Source: an uncultured Candidatus Saccharibacteria bacterium
GTDB lineage: Bacteria > Patescibacteriota > UBA1384 > XYA2-FULL-43-10 > 1-14-0-10-43-13
NCBI GenBank assembly: GCA_964628585.1
Contig: CAZVMH010000004.1
Coordinates: 9,977 to 73,976, forward strand
Reading direction: 5' to 3'
Length of the DNA: 64,000 nucleotides
The translations under genes were made by a program, and so were the position numbers. Under the pieces are notes generated by a model. The model saw nothing but the letters and a program-made list of their open reading frames with translations. It did no database searches and was not told where the DNA came from. This document shows positions 10,172 to 18,682 of the stretch, one piece after another; within the stretch, counting starts at the first letter, position 1; every line of letters begins with the position of its first letter.

Positions 10172-10325
10172 CCCATAATTGTTTTTTGAAACGAAAGCGT
10201 TTTGGGTAGGACAGAAATTGCGGGTGGCAGAGGAAGCGTAGTCACCACTACGATGACGAAGCACCCTACGATTTATGCCTAGTCAAAAACGGTTGCAGTT
10301 ACTGAAATAATTATGGGGTGGGTTC
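10164..10325. mobile_element. ~162-nt long imperfect hairpin (MITE/REP-like or structured RNA)
   Basis: Terminal arms GAACCCATCCCATAATTGTTT / AAATAATTATGGGGTGGGTTC (19/21 complementary); nested stems CGTTTTGGGTAGG/CCTAGTCAAAAACG, GGGTG/CACCC, CGTAGT/ACTACG. Confidence 0.7.
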
Positions 10326-12182
10326 CTACCCATTTCCTTCCAAAATTTGCTTCGGATCACTTGTAATTATTTGATCCTCGGTATATGAAGCAACGACTTT
10401 AATGGCAACGTGATTTAAGCCAGCAAAGAAAAGTCCTTCGCCAACGTCTGATTCAAGAAGAAGATATTTTTCGCCCTCGGTTAAATTGAAAACCTCAGCA
10501 ACCAAATCAACAGAAGCGGTAGATTGTTTAAAGAGCACTTGCATGGCAGAGTTTGAAACAACAGCTTTACCGTAACGACTGGCCAGGAAATCCTCTACAT
10601 CTTGGCTGATAATTGTTAGCCCTAAATAATACTTTCTAGCTCGTTTAGCCAAACCGTGCAAAAATTTAGCTGAATCCTCATGTTGCATCATCCACCAAGC
10701 TTCATCAATAATCATAATTCGACGCTTTGTCGTCATGCGAATCTTGGTCCAAATATAATTTAGGATAGTGTACATAGCAATTGGTCGAAGCGCCTCCTCA
10801 AGATCACGAACAGAAAAGACGACAAATCCTGGTTTAAGTTCAAAATTGGTTCTTTGATTGTAGAGCGAAGCAAAGGTGCCCTCTACAAACCTTGAAAGTC
10901 TGGAACGAAGCGATTCGGTTCCACTCATATTTGAGAGAACATTGTATAAGTCTTGCATGACCGGTGGCTCGTTTTCTTGGCTCTCTGGATCGATTGTAAT
11001 ATCTTTTATAGCATAAGTCTCATAAAGTGCTCTCTCAATAATTGAATCTTCTTCAGGGGAAAGACCATTTGCCATTAGATTAATCAATCCATGTACAGAA
11101 GCAACAGTAGAACGAAGTAAATCTTCACCCGACTCCTCAGCGTTTCCAACTGGTAAATCGAATGGATTAATTCTTTTATCGGAGTTAAGGGAGATTTCAA
11201 GATAACTTCCTCCTACGGCGGTACAGAGTGATTTGTACTCATTTTCTGGGTCAACTACAATTACATCGGTTCCAAGCATCAAATATCGCAATGCCTCGAG
11301 TTTTACATAGTAAGACTTACCACTACCAGAGGTTGCAAAGACGACCGAATTGGCGTTTGGTAAATTGAATCTGTCAAATATAATTAACGAATTATTGTGA
11401 CGATTAATTCCGTAAAGAATGCCATCATCCTGGGTTAACTCGGATGAAACAAACGGAAAGCTGGAAGAAAGAGATCCTGTATCAAAATTTCGCAAAATGT
11501 TTAAACGGTCTGACATAAGTGGCAGAGTAGAGGCAAAACCCTGTTCCATTTGAAAAAGAGATTCTTTGGTATAGATTAAAAGACCACCTAGTGTTGATTC
11601 AAGCTGTTCGGCTACCGTTTTGAGTTCATCGGCAGAGTTGGCGTAAATTGTAAAATACAAACCAAATTGAAAAAGTCTGACTTCACCTCTCTGTAAAACA
11701 TCTCGCAATGCCTCAACATCACCCAGTGCAGTCTCAATTTCTGGGTCTCTTGGAGCGCCTCGTTCTTGTTCAACCGACATTGTTGATTGAAGTTTGCCCA
11801 CTTGTGTTCGAAGCTCGCTCATAACATTTTTTGATTCGAGCGGATGTATATACATGCCCATATCGAGGGTTAGGTCGTAATTGATAATAGGGGAAAGCCA
11901 ATTGGTCTCGATATAGCGGGGGTAGGTGAAGACAAATAGTGTTTTAACAAATTTATTTCCAAGTTGAAGATGGTACGGGGTCATAATGAAAGCGGAAGGT
12001 GCTATAACATCGCGTATTGAAGTACTGCCCCTTTTTATATCTTCAGGTAGTTCAATCTTATTTGATTCCCTTTCGGCAATGTTTTTTTGAGCCATTGCCC
12101 GAGCGTCGGTATTTGCAGGAGAATTAGATTGGTCTTCTGTTATTGGAGGAGTTAAGTTTTGTTGTGTTTGATCGTCAGCCAT
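10326..12182 (-). CDS. virB4: VirB4/TraC-like type IV secretion ATPase
   Basis: Walker A ATSGSGKS, VIVVDPENEY, INPFD, Walker B MIIDEAW, KRARKY, ISQDVEDF; next to prgI. Confidence 0.92.
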   Translation of the reverse strand: MADDQTQQNLTPPITEDQSNSPANTDARAMAQKNIAERESNKIELPEDIKRGSTSIRDVIAPSAFIMTPYHLQLGNKFVKTLFVFTYPRYIETNWLSPIINYDLTLDMGMYIHPLESKNVMSELRTQVGKLQSTMSVEQERGAPRDPEIETALGDVEALRDVLQRGEVRLFQFGLYFTIYANSADELKTVAEQLESTLGGLLIYTKESLFQMEQGFASTLPLMSDRLNILRNFDTGSLSSSFPFVSSELTQDDGILYGINRHNNSLIIFDRFNLPNANSVVFATSGSGKSYYVKLEALRYLMLGTDVIVVDPENEYKSLCTAVGGSYLEISLNSDKRINPFDLPVGNAEESGEDLLRSTVASVHGLINLMANGLSPEEDSIIERALYETYAIKDITIDPESQENEPPVMQDLYNVLSNMSGTESLRSRLSRFVEGTFASLYNQRTNFELKPGFVVFSVRDLEEALRPIAMYTILNYIWTKIRMTTKRRIMIIDEAWWMMQHEDSAKFLHGLAKRARKYYLGLTIISQDVEDFLASRYGKAVVSNSAMQVLFKQSTASVDLVAEVFNLTEGEKYLLLESDVGEGLFFAGLNHVAIKVVASYTEDQIITSDPKQILEGNG

Positions 12183-12203
12183 GAATTATTTCATATTTAA
12201 TAG

Positions 12204-13208
12204 TTATTTTTCTTTTGTTGGCGGAACAATAGTCGGTGCTTGTGCCATGCTTTGATTCGTTGTAGTTGGTGCTTGCCCTTGTTCTGCAGGAGCTGATGCA
12301 GGCAGTTCTGCCTTTACTGGAGTTTGTACCAAAGCTTGAGGGGCGACCGGCATAACTGTATTTGGCGCAGGTGTTTCTGTGGGCGCCGAAGAAGGTGCTC
12401 CTCCTTTTTCGACTTCTTTTTCTGCTTCAAGCTCTCTTTGTTTTGCTGCTTTTTTCTGTTGGTCTTCAACTAGGGCAGAATTATCAATAACGTTTTCTTC
12501 TGGTTGTTCTTCTGTAGAATTCTCTTTTTCTTGGTTAATATTTTCCTTCTCTGTCACTAGAGAAGAGGTTAGTTCCTCAACGTCGGAAAATCTTTCAATA
12601 TCTGCTACCTCTGGATTATATATTCCATAGAACAACTCGATTATTTCCTCAGTTGTAAGCTGAACACAATGAAGGCCCAAGCTTCCCAACCCACTTGCAA
12701 CAGTGTTAGCTCTTTCTGTCAGTTGGTCTTTGTAGCGTTTAAATGTTGTGTCTGCAATCTTTATGCCACTGCCTTCTCCTTTGCCACCAAATATTTTACC
12801 GAAAACAGATGGTTTTTTAATCTCGATTGGATCATAGGGGACCACAACATAGAAATTCTTTTTCATAATATTGGCCATGTTGACTAACTCTCCAACGAAA
12901 TCGATGTAGTCTTCCATTTGTACCCGTAAAAGCTCATTATTTTGCTTATCTTTTAAAACACTTAATTTTTTAATGTAGGGATTTAAATCAAGTCTCTTTG
13001 ATCTCATGACAATTTCTATCGGAAAATGGAGGGAATTTAGAAAGCCCTGATACTGAAAGATAATTGAATTTTGTTCCTCTTCACTTTTGAGAGAGAAATT
13101 GGTTACGCCAACGTTAAAAATAATGCGATATCCACCATTTGTCGTAATAACAATGCCGTCTTTAATCCCCGCAAGATCAATAAATTGTTGAGTCGCTGAT
13201 TGATTCAT
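12204..13208 (-). CDS. T4SS-associated protein found between PrgI and VirB4 (VirB4 N-terminal-like), with Pro/Ala/Thr-rich tail
   Basis: TQQFIDLAGIKDGIV...NFSLKSEEEQNSII..YQGFLNSLHFPIEI...KNFYVVVPY...QLTTEEIIELFY pattern; gene context. Confidence 0.75.
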   Translation of the reverse strand: MNQSATQQFIDLAGIKDGIVITTNGGYRIIFNVGVTNFSLKSEEEQNSIIFQYQGFLNSLHFPIEIVMRSKRLDLNPYIKKLSVLKDKQNNELLRVQMEDYIDFVGELVNMANIMKKNFYVVVPYDPIEIKKPSVFGKIFGGKGEGSGIKIADTTFKRYKDQLTERANTVASGLGSLGLHCVQLTTEEIIELFYGIYNPEVADIERFSDVEELTSSLVTEKENINQEKENSTEEQPEENVIDNSALVEDQQKKAAKQRELEAEKEVEKGGAPSSAPTETPAPNTVMPVAPQALVQTPVKAELPASAPAEQGQAPTTTNQSMAQAPTIVPPTKEK

Positions 13209-13252
13209 AATCTCAAAGTTTAAATCTCAAATCTCAAAGTCATATCCCAAAA
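13209..13252. repeat. Heptamer tandem array, downstream flank of four-helix-bundle gene
   Basis: + strand CTCAAAG TTTAAAT CTCAAAT CTCAAAG TCATATC CCAAAA. Confidence 0.8.
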
Positions 13253-13630
13253 TTAATATCTTGTTTTGTCCTTCATCGTCATCAGCCCTGCGGCCAGAAT
13301 GCTCGCAATTTCGTTCGATTCTTTTAGAAGTACATCTGTTTCACTTTCAATATCCGATTTTGCTTTTATCGTAAGCTCAAGCCAGAACCCCGTTTCATTT
13401 GCCGATTTCAATGCTATTTCAAAGAATTTTATATAATCTCTCTTCGAACTGGACGCTTTCGCTTCTCTGACGTTTGCACCTATTGATGTTCCTGATCTTA
13501 AAAGCTGATCCGCTATTGCCCACAAATTTCTATCGTTTCTAATCTTCTCGTATAACTTAATTGTGTTAAATGCAAATTGTAATAGCCTGTTCTGAAATTA
13601 TTTTTTAAAATTTGAATTGTCATTTTGCAT
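13253..13630 (-). pseudogene. Four-helix-bundle protein (23S rRNA IVP/Avd-like family) with in-frame TAA at codon 11
   Basis: MQNDNSNFKK*FQNRLLQFAFNTIKLYEKI...IADQLLRSGTSIGANVREA...SSKRDYIKFFEIALKSANETGFWL; TAA at 13598-13600. Confidence 0.85.
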
Positions 13631-13650
13631 TTTGAAATTTGAGGTTTGAA
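13601..13650. repeat. Heptamer tandem array, upstream flank and 5' end of four-helix-bundle gene
   Basis: Minus strand TTCAAAC CTCAAAT TTCAAAA TGCAAAA TGACAAT TCAAATT, inverted relative to the downstream array. Confidence 0.8.
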
Positions 13651-14061
13651 TTATTTCTGCTGTGGGTCAATTTCTTTTGCTAACTTTTGTATATCTTGGC
13701 GTGAATAATTTTTTGCTACGACAGCTGGTGTTTTATTATCAATTTTTGGTTTATAGACTTCAACATTTAAATCTGCAGAATTTTCATGATGCCAGAGTCT
13801 TTGTTTGGGAGTAGAGGAGTATTCTATGACGGAAAGAAAAAAATCTAAAAAAGGACGCTCATTAATTTTTAAAAAAATCATAGCGGCCACAAAAAGGCCG
13901 ATTGGAATGGCAATTAAATAGGCAAGAATCTTTGGTATTCCAGACATAATAATTCCATAACAAAAACCACCACCAATAACAGCATACATGAACTGTAGCA
14001 TTGTAAGTGGCCCAATAATTCTATCTTGCATATCAATATTTTGTGGTACTTTGTAGCGCAT
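13651..14061 (-). CDS. prgI: PrgI-family membrane protein
   Basis: YKVPQNIDMQDRIIGPLTMLQF, two TM helices, KINERPF...PKQRLW; upstream of virB4. Confidence 0.88.
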   Translation of the reverse strand: MRYKVPQNIDMQDRIIGPLTMLQFMYAVIGGGFCYGIIMSGIPKILAYLIAIPIGLFVAAMIFLKINERPFLDFFLSVIEYSSTPKQRLWHHENSADLNVEVYKPKIDNKTPAVVAKNYSRQDIQKLAKEIDPQQK

Positions 14062-14319
14062 TTATCCCGTCAAATACGACTTAAGTCGCTTACTAATAAA
14101 TTGTTTACCAAAAAAAGTTTTAAGATATTTTTCACGATGTGTCGCGTCTTGTTGATTAAGACATCCTTCAAACTATATTAGCTTGAGGGGCAATCGATTT
14201 TTTGTAAACGGCACTTTGCCTGCTAGGCGTAACTTAAGTCGTAAATTTAGGTTTTTTGTATAACCCGTGTATCTCTTTTTGTCTTTCTCTGGTTTCAAAA
14301 CGTAGACGTAATAAAACAT
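14062..14319 (-). pseudogene. GIY-YIG (UPF0213/YhbQ-like) nuclease pseudogene, not in ORF track
   Basis: MFYYVYVLKPEKDKKRYTGYTKNLNLRL...PLKLI*FEGCLNQQDATHREKYLK...SYLTG*; internal TAG at 14173-14175; its TAA abuts the prgI ATG. Confidence 0.85.
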
Positions 14320-14435
14320 CAGTGTCCTAAATTTATTTGACTGGTTGAACCCTCCTAGTACTAAAAAATATACCCCGTTAATTGGATTATATCATAACTA
14401 AAATATCAATGACAAAAAATATAGAACAAAAATCT

Positions 14436-15890
14436 TTAAGCTTGTTTTCCGACTATACCTGCTAAGTCGGGAGCCTCTCCAGCCATTGCTTCCATTAACC
14501 CAAGAACATTCCTCCAAATACTTTCACCACCACCCTTCCCTTGTGGCGAAGCTTGGGCAAAACTTTCTGTTGGCTCATAATAGCCCCAATTGTCCTCATC
14601 TTGTTCGCCGTGTTTCTCTAAGAAATCTTTGTGAGACGAAACTTTTCCCTTGTTTTTTTCTAGCTCGCTTTTAATTTTTTTATAAAATATTTCGTAGGTC
14701 TTTTTTGCAATTTCTGGCATATTCTCGAAGTTAGTTCCGGCACTCAAAGCACATTTTTCCATAAATGCTGGCGCGGTACCATCTGTTTGCAGATATATTG
14801 CTGAAAAATCGGTTATAATCTCTTTAGCAATAGTCAGCTTTCTCATCTCAATAAATTGTTCTTTAGTTAAACCAGGCATTGTTTTTTCAGCTTTGGGAAA
14901 ATCTTCTTCGATTTTATCCATTGAAGCCAAAGTATTTTGGATATGTTCTGTCAAGAATGGAGAAACTTCGGTTCTATTTTCAACAATGATATCGCAGAGA
15001 CCAATCAATTCTTTATTTTCAGTTAAATATCTCTCAGTAAAGGCATGAGACATTTCATGATTTATGAGATGAGCATAACCAATTGGACGCCCATCCTGAG
15101 TTTTGGCATTATCTTTCAAAGTACTGTCGAACACAACAATTTCACCCGTATCTCTATCCCAATAAGCCACAGAGTCATAACCACAAGTGTCCATCATCTT
15201 GCGAATCTTTCGATCTCGTTCTGACATATTAGCTAGCTGTTCCTCTGTCGGAGGAGGCTCTTTAACAGGTATAGCCTCAATTGTAACTCCAGTGACTAAC
15301 TGAGGAATATCGCTAGCAGTAAGATGACCATTGATTACAGAGAGACAAATTGCTTTTTTGATTTCAATTTGTTTTGATTCAATATCTTTAAACTCTGGAT
15401 TGTCTTTTAATTTTTCGACTGCTTGATCAAATTTTTTGAATATTTCTGAGAGTTTGGTAATTAGTTCTGCTGTTTGATCTAGCTTTTCTTGAATGACGCC
15501 ATCTTGTTCTTCCATGGCTTTTTTAAATAACTCAAAAATTTGTGGGTCCATCTCTGTTCCAGACTTATCCATCATCCAGTCTAAGACCAAATTTGCATTG
15601 GAAGCCGTTATTTCACTTTTTCTAGCTGAAGCTTCCGCAGTTTTTTCTTCTTCTGTTGGTGGTGTCTCCGCTGTTTCTGCAGAAGTGCCACTTTCCGTTT
15701 TTTCGGCCTCTGGTTCAGTAGCTACATTTTCTGGTTGAACTGGATCTGTTGTTTCTGTTTGTCCGGGGGTGGTTCCTTCTGCTACTGGCATCTGATTTCC
15801 GTGAGCATCTAAAATAGGAACAGTATTTTCCTGCCCAATTGGTTGCCCATATTTATTAACTATTCCTGATGGCGTTACTGTTTCATTCAT
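14436..15890 (-). CDS. Acidic protein with HEXXH zinc-metallopeptidase-like motif
   Basis: VAYWDRDTGEIVV...HLINHEMSHAF...AKEIITDF; disordered E/T/P-rich N-terminus; no signal peptide. Confidence 0.6.
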   Translation of the reverse strand: MNETVTPSGIVNKYGQPIGQENTVPILDAHGNQMPVAEGTTPGQTETTDPVQPENVATEPEAEKTESGTSAETAETPPTEEEKTAEASARKSEITASNANLVLDWMMDKSGTEMDPQIFELFKKAMEEQDGVIQEKLDQTAELITKLSEIFKKFDQAVEKLKDNPEFKDIESKQIEIKKAICLSVINGHLTASDIPQLVTGVTIEAIPVKEPPPTEEQLANMSERDRKIRKMMDTCGYDSVAYWDRDTGEIVVFDSTLKDNAKTQDGRPIGYAHLINHEMSHAFTERYLTENKELIGLCDIIVENRTEVSPFLTEHIQNTLASMDKIEEDFPKAEKTMPGLTKEQFIEMRKLTIAKEIITDFSAIYLQTDGTAPAFMEKCALSAGTNFENMPEIAKKTYEIFYKKIKSELEKNKGKVSSHKDFLEKHGEQDEDNWGYYEPTESFAQASPQGKGGGESIWRNVLGLMEAMAGEAPDLAGIVGKQA

Positions 15891-15920
15891 ATTAATTTCC
15901 CCTAGTCTGATGTTAGCATT

Positions 15921-18605
15921 CTATTCTGCCTTTGGTGGCTCTGGTGGAGGAGTTGGAGAAGCCGGTGGTGTTTCCGTTGGAGTCTGAGGTGTTTGACCCG
16001 TTGTTGTAGGGGGCACTTTTGGAGTTGTCATCGTAACTTTTAATGGAGTTTGGCTTAAAGTTTTACCCAAAGATTTGGCGGTGGCCTTACCAAGTTCCTC
16101 AGCGAAAAGCCTACGCGTTTGACGATCGCTAAGAGTTCCTTGAACTTTTCCTCCACTATTGATAGCTCCGTCTCTACCGGCTTTCATTACTTCTTTCGCC
16201 ATATTTATAAATTCAGCTTTATCTGCTGTTCCTCCCGGAGTTAAAGTATGAGGATCAGAAAGAGGACCGGAGCTTAGATTGTGCATTTGTTCACTTAATC
16301 CCTCCAAAGATTGCGCAACCTTATTTATGGCATCTTCATTTGTATGTATTGATCCAAGATTGACTCCTTGCAATGCTGGATTGGAAGCGATATTTTCTGC
16401 CGTCATTCCAGCAGCAACTTGTGCCCGAGCGTTTATTTCATTTTGTTGATTGAGCCTTTGGCTAGTCTGTTTAATATATGCTTGACCGGTTGGATCACTT
16501 TTCATTAGTCCGATGGCTTCCCGTTGTTCATCGGATGACGCAGTTGCCAGTGTTTTAAAGTGATCTAGCCCTGCTTGAAGATCATCGATTCGTCTTTGGA
16601 GAGCCTCTGATTTTTTTGATCTGTCTTCCCCTGCAATCGATTTACTTGCGCCCGAGATCATTGAAAAAACTTTAGGATCAAAATATTCTTTAGCTTCACT
16701 ACTAAATGAATCTTTGTTTGCTTTATCAAAAGCGTCTATTTCACCCCTACCAATCAGCTCTCTGGCGAGATTTAAGTTAGCTTGAAGCGCGCGTCTGTCA
16801 GACCCCTTTCTTCCTGCTCCTATAATCATTCCGACACCAGTAAGCTCTTGTTCTATCGCGGGGCGCCTTTCGTCCATTAATTTTTTAACAGAACCCTCCC
16901 TTGCTTCTCTTATTGTGTCAAATGCGGATTGAAGATGATTTCTGCCTTCGTCTGAGACACCAACAAGTTTAACATTTATAAAGTCTTTACCACCAAACTT
17001 GGCTTCTTCCGTGACTGCTTCCCCCTCCGGGATTTGCTGAATGGCGGTAGTTGCAGCCGCAACAGCTGCACCAGCAGCAGCGCCTACAGCAGATGAAGCC
17101 AATGGTAATCCATAAGCAGTTGTAAGACTATTTTTCTGTGTCGCATAATTTTTAAGTTGGTTAAATCGGCGTAAATTCAATTTTGCTCTTGCGACGGCTT
17201 CTCCATTATTAACACCATTTGTTCCGCCAAGTCCTTCATAAGTGTCCATTAATTTAACAGCATTCATTGTAGCAATATCGCTTCTTAGTGCTTCTCTTAC
17301 TTCCAAACTATCTTTATTTGCCGCAGTGACGACAATTTTGTTACCGGCAGCGTCTTTGTGATTTTCAGCAAATAGTCTTGACTGCCTAGATCCAGGCCCA
17401 GCTTTTACTAAATCATCTAAGATCGCATCTTCGGTTTTTCTCTGATCTACCCCAGTAGGGCCAGCAGACTTTTGTTCATAATCTTCTTTAAATGATTCTA
17501 ATAAAGCTGTGGCGCGTGCTCGTTCGCCGAGAAGACGATTATATGTATTAGTTTTTTTGGCCGCACTTTCCAAATTTTTTCTCGATTCAGCAAATCCTGC
17601 TTTATAAGCTTTCACTGATGCTGGAATATTTACAACTCCGCCAGCTCGTTCTAAATTTTTACCCACAACATTGCCTAGAAAAGTTCCCTTATGTCTTTGT
17701 TGTAATCTCTGGCCATATGCGGACATCCTTGATCCTGCTCCCCCCAACAAATTGTTGTAACCGTATCCCGTAACCTTCTTGCCCAAACTTGCCCATTGAT
17801 TCATGATCGCTCCACCCATCTTAAATGGTGTAGTCAGAGCCAAATATATACATGCTCCAGCGAAGACGTAATTAATTAGCCATATTTCTTTAGCAAAGGC
17901 AGCATCAAACCATTGGGCACCAAGCCAAAGCCAGAAAACCGAAACTATGGGCATAAAAACCCATTTTGTAAAATTGCTCCACCATTGTGTAAAAAGACTT
18001 TTGCTTTGAGGTAAAACCATTGCCATAATGCAGAGAGGAGCAAGGGCGACTAAAAAATATAGCATCCAATTTCTAACTAAAAAGAGAAAGGCAAGAATTA
18101 AAACAATAACAGCCGCAGCCATTTTAAATAATTGGCCAAGAATAAACCAGAAAATTTTTCCTGCCGTGACATTGCTTGCGTTTCCAATTGAAACGTTAAA
18201 AGCCTCTTGAAATTTGTCAACTCCAACACCACCTTCAATAAATATACTTAAAATGGCGTTTGAAAAATCAATCATTAACCGACAAAAAAGAAAACTAAAA
18301 TTGGCTGCTATTATGGCAAAAACGAGAGTAGGCAACATTTTTTTAATTCCATATGTACTTACATTTAGACGCAATATTTGAGCAAAGGCAACTGCAATAA
18401 GCACAACAATCACAAATGTATTGGCAAGATTTATTAGCGTATTCCAAACTTTTAAGACAGTCGCTCCTTCACCACTTGAAGTATTTTTTAAAACAGAAAA
18501 AATGGGCTCCATGGCGTAAGAAGCTTGAGGCAACATCAAAAAAACTAGCCCAGCTAAAGCCAAGATTCCTAAACATTTAAATCTTATTTTTTTGTTAGCG
18601 CCCAT
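15921..18605 (-). CDS. VirB6/TrbL-like polytopic membrane protein with long hydrophilic C-terminal extension
   Basis: VWNTLINLANTFVIVVLIAVAFAQI...KKMLPTLVFAIIAANFSFLFCRLMIDFSN, LVRNWMLYFLVALAPL...LPQSKSLFTQWW; T4SS context. Confidence 0.8.
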   Translation of the reverse strand: MGANKKIRFKCLGILALAGLVFLMLPQASYAMEPIFSVLKNTSSGEGATVLKVWNTLINLANTFVIVVLIAVAFAQILRLNVSTYGIKKMLPTLVFAIIAANFSFLFCRLMIDFSNAILSIFIEGGVGVDKFQEAFNVSIGNASNVTAGKIFWFILGQLFKMAAAVIVLILAFLFLVRNWMLYFLVALAPLCIMAMVLPQSKSLFTQWWSNFTKWVFMPIVSVFWLWLGAQWFDAAFAKEIWLINYVFAGACIYLALTTPFKMGGAIMNQWASLGKKVTGYGYNNLLGGAGSRMSAYGQRLQQRHKGTFLGNVVGKNLERAGGVVNIPASVKAYKAGFAESRKNLESAAKKTNTYNRLLGERARATALLESFKEDYEQKSAGPTGVDQRKTEDAILDDLVKAGPGSRQSRLFAENHKDAAGNKIVVTAANKDSLEVREALRSDIATMNAVKLMDTYEGLGGTNGVNNGEAVARAKLNLRRFNQLKNYATQKNSLTTAYGLPLASSAVGAAAGAAVAAATTAIQQIPEGEAVTEEAKFGGKDFINVKLVGVSDEGRNHLQSAFDTIREAREGSVKKLMDERRPAIEQELTGVGMIIGAGRKGSDRRALQANLNLARELIGRGEIDAFDKANKDSFSSEAKEYFDPKVFSMISGASKSIAGEDRSKKSEALQRRIDDLQAGLDHFKTLATASSDEQREAIGLMKSDPTGQAYIKQTSQRLNQQNEINARAQVAAGMTAENIASNPALQGVNLGSIHTNEDAINKVAQSLEGLSEQMHNLSSGPLSDPHTLTPGGTADKAEFINMAKEVMKAGRDGAINSGGKVQGTLSDRQTRRLFAEELGKATAKSLGKTLSQTPLKVTMTTPKVPPTTTGQTPQTPTETPPASPTPPPEPPKAE

Positions 18606-18682
18606 AGATAATATTAATTTACTTTTCTATTTGTGCCGAAACCACTGCTAGAGATACCGCCTAAAGTGATACTTCCATTGCT

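Noticed and set aside
13253-13630. Diversity-generating retroelement (Avd-like gene)
   Set aside because: No reverse transcriptase and no TR/VR repeat pair seen in the window.
14072-14246. 12-bp inverted repeat TACGACTTAAGT / ACTTAAGTCGTA
   Set aside because: Explained by a self-palindromic RLK codon string inside the GIY-YIG pseudogene.
13253-14319. Stop-codon recoding explaining two neighbouring genes with single internal stops
   Set aside because: The stops differ (TAA, TAG) and both codons terminate normal genes here; decay is simpler.
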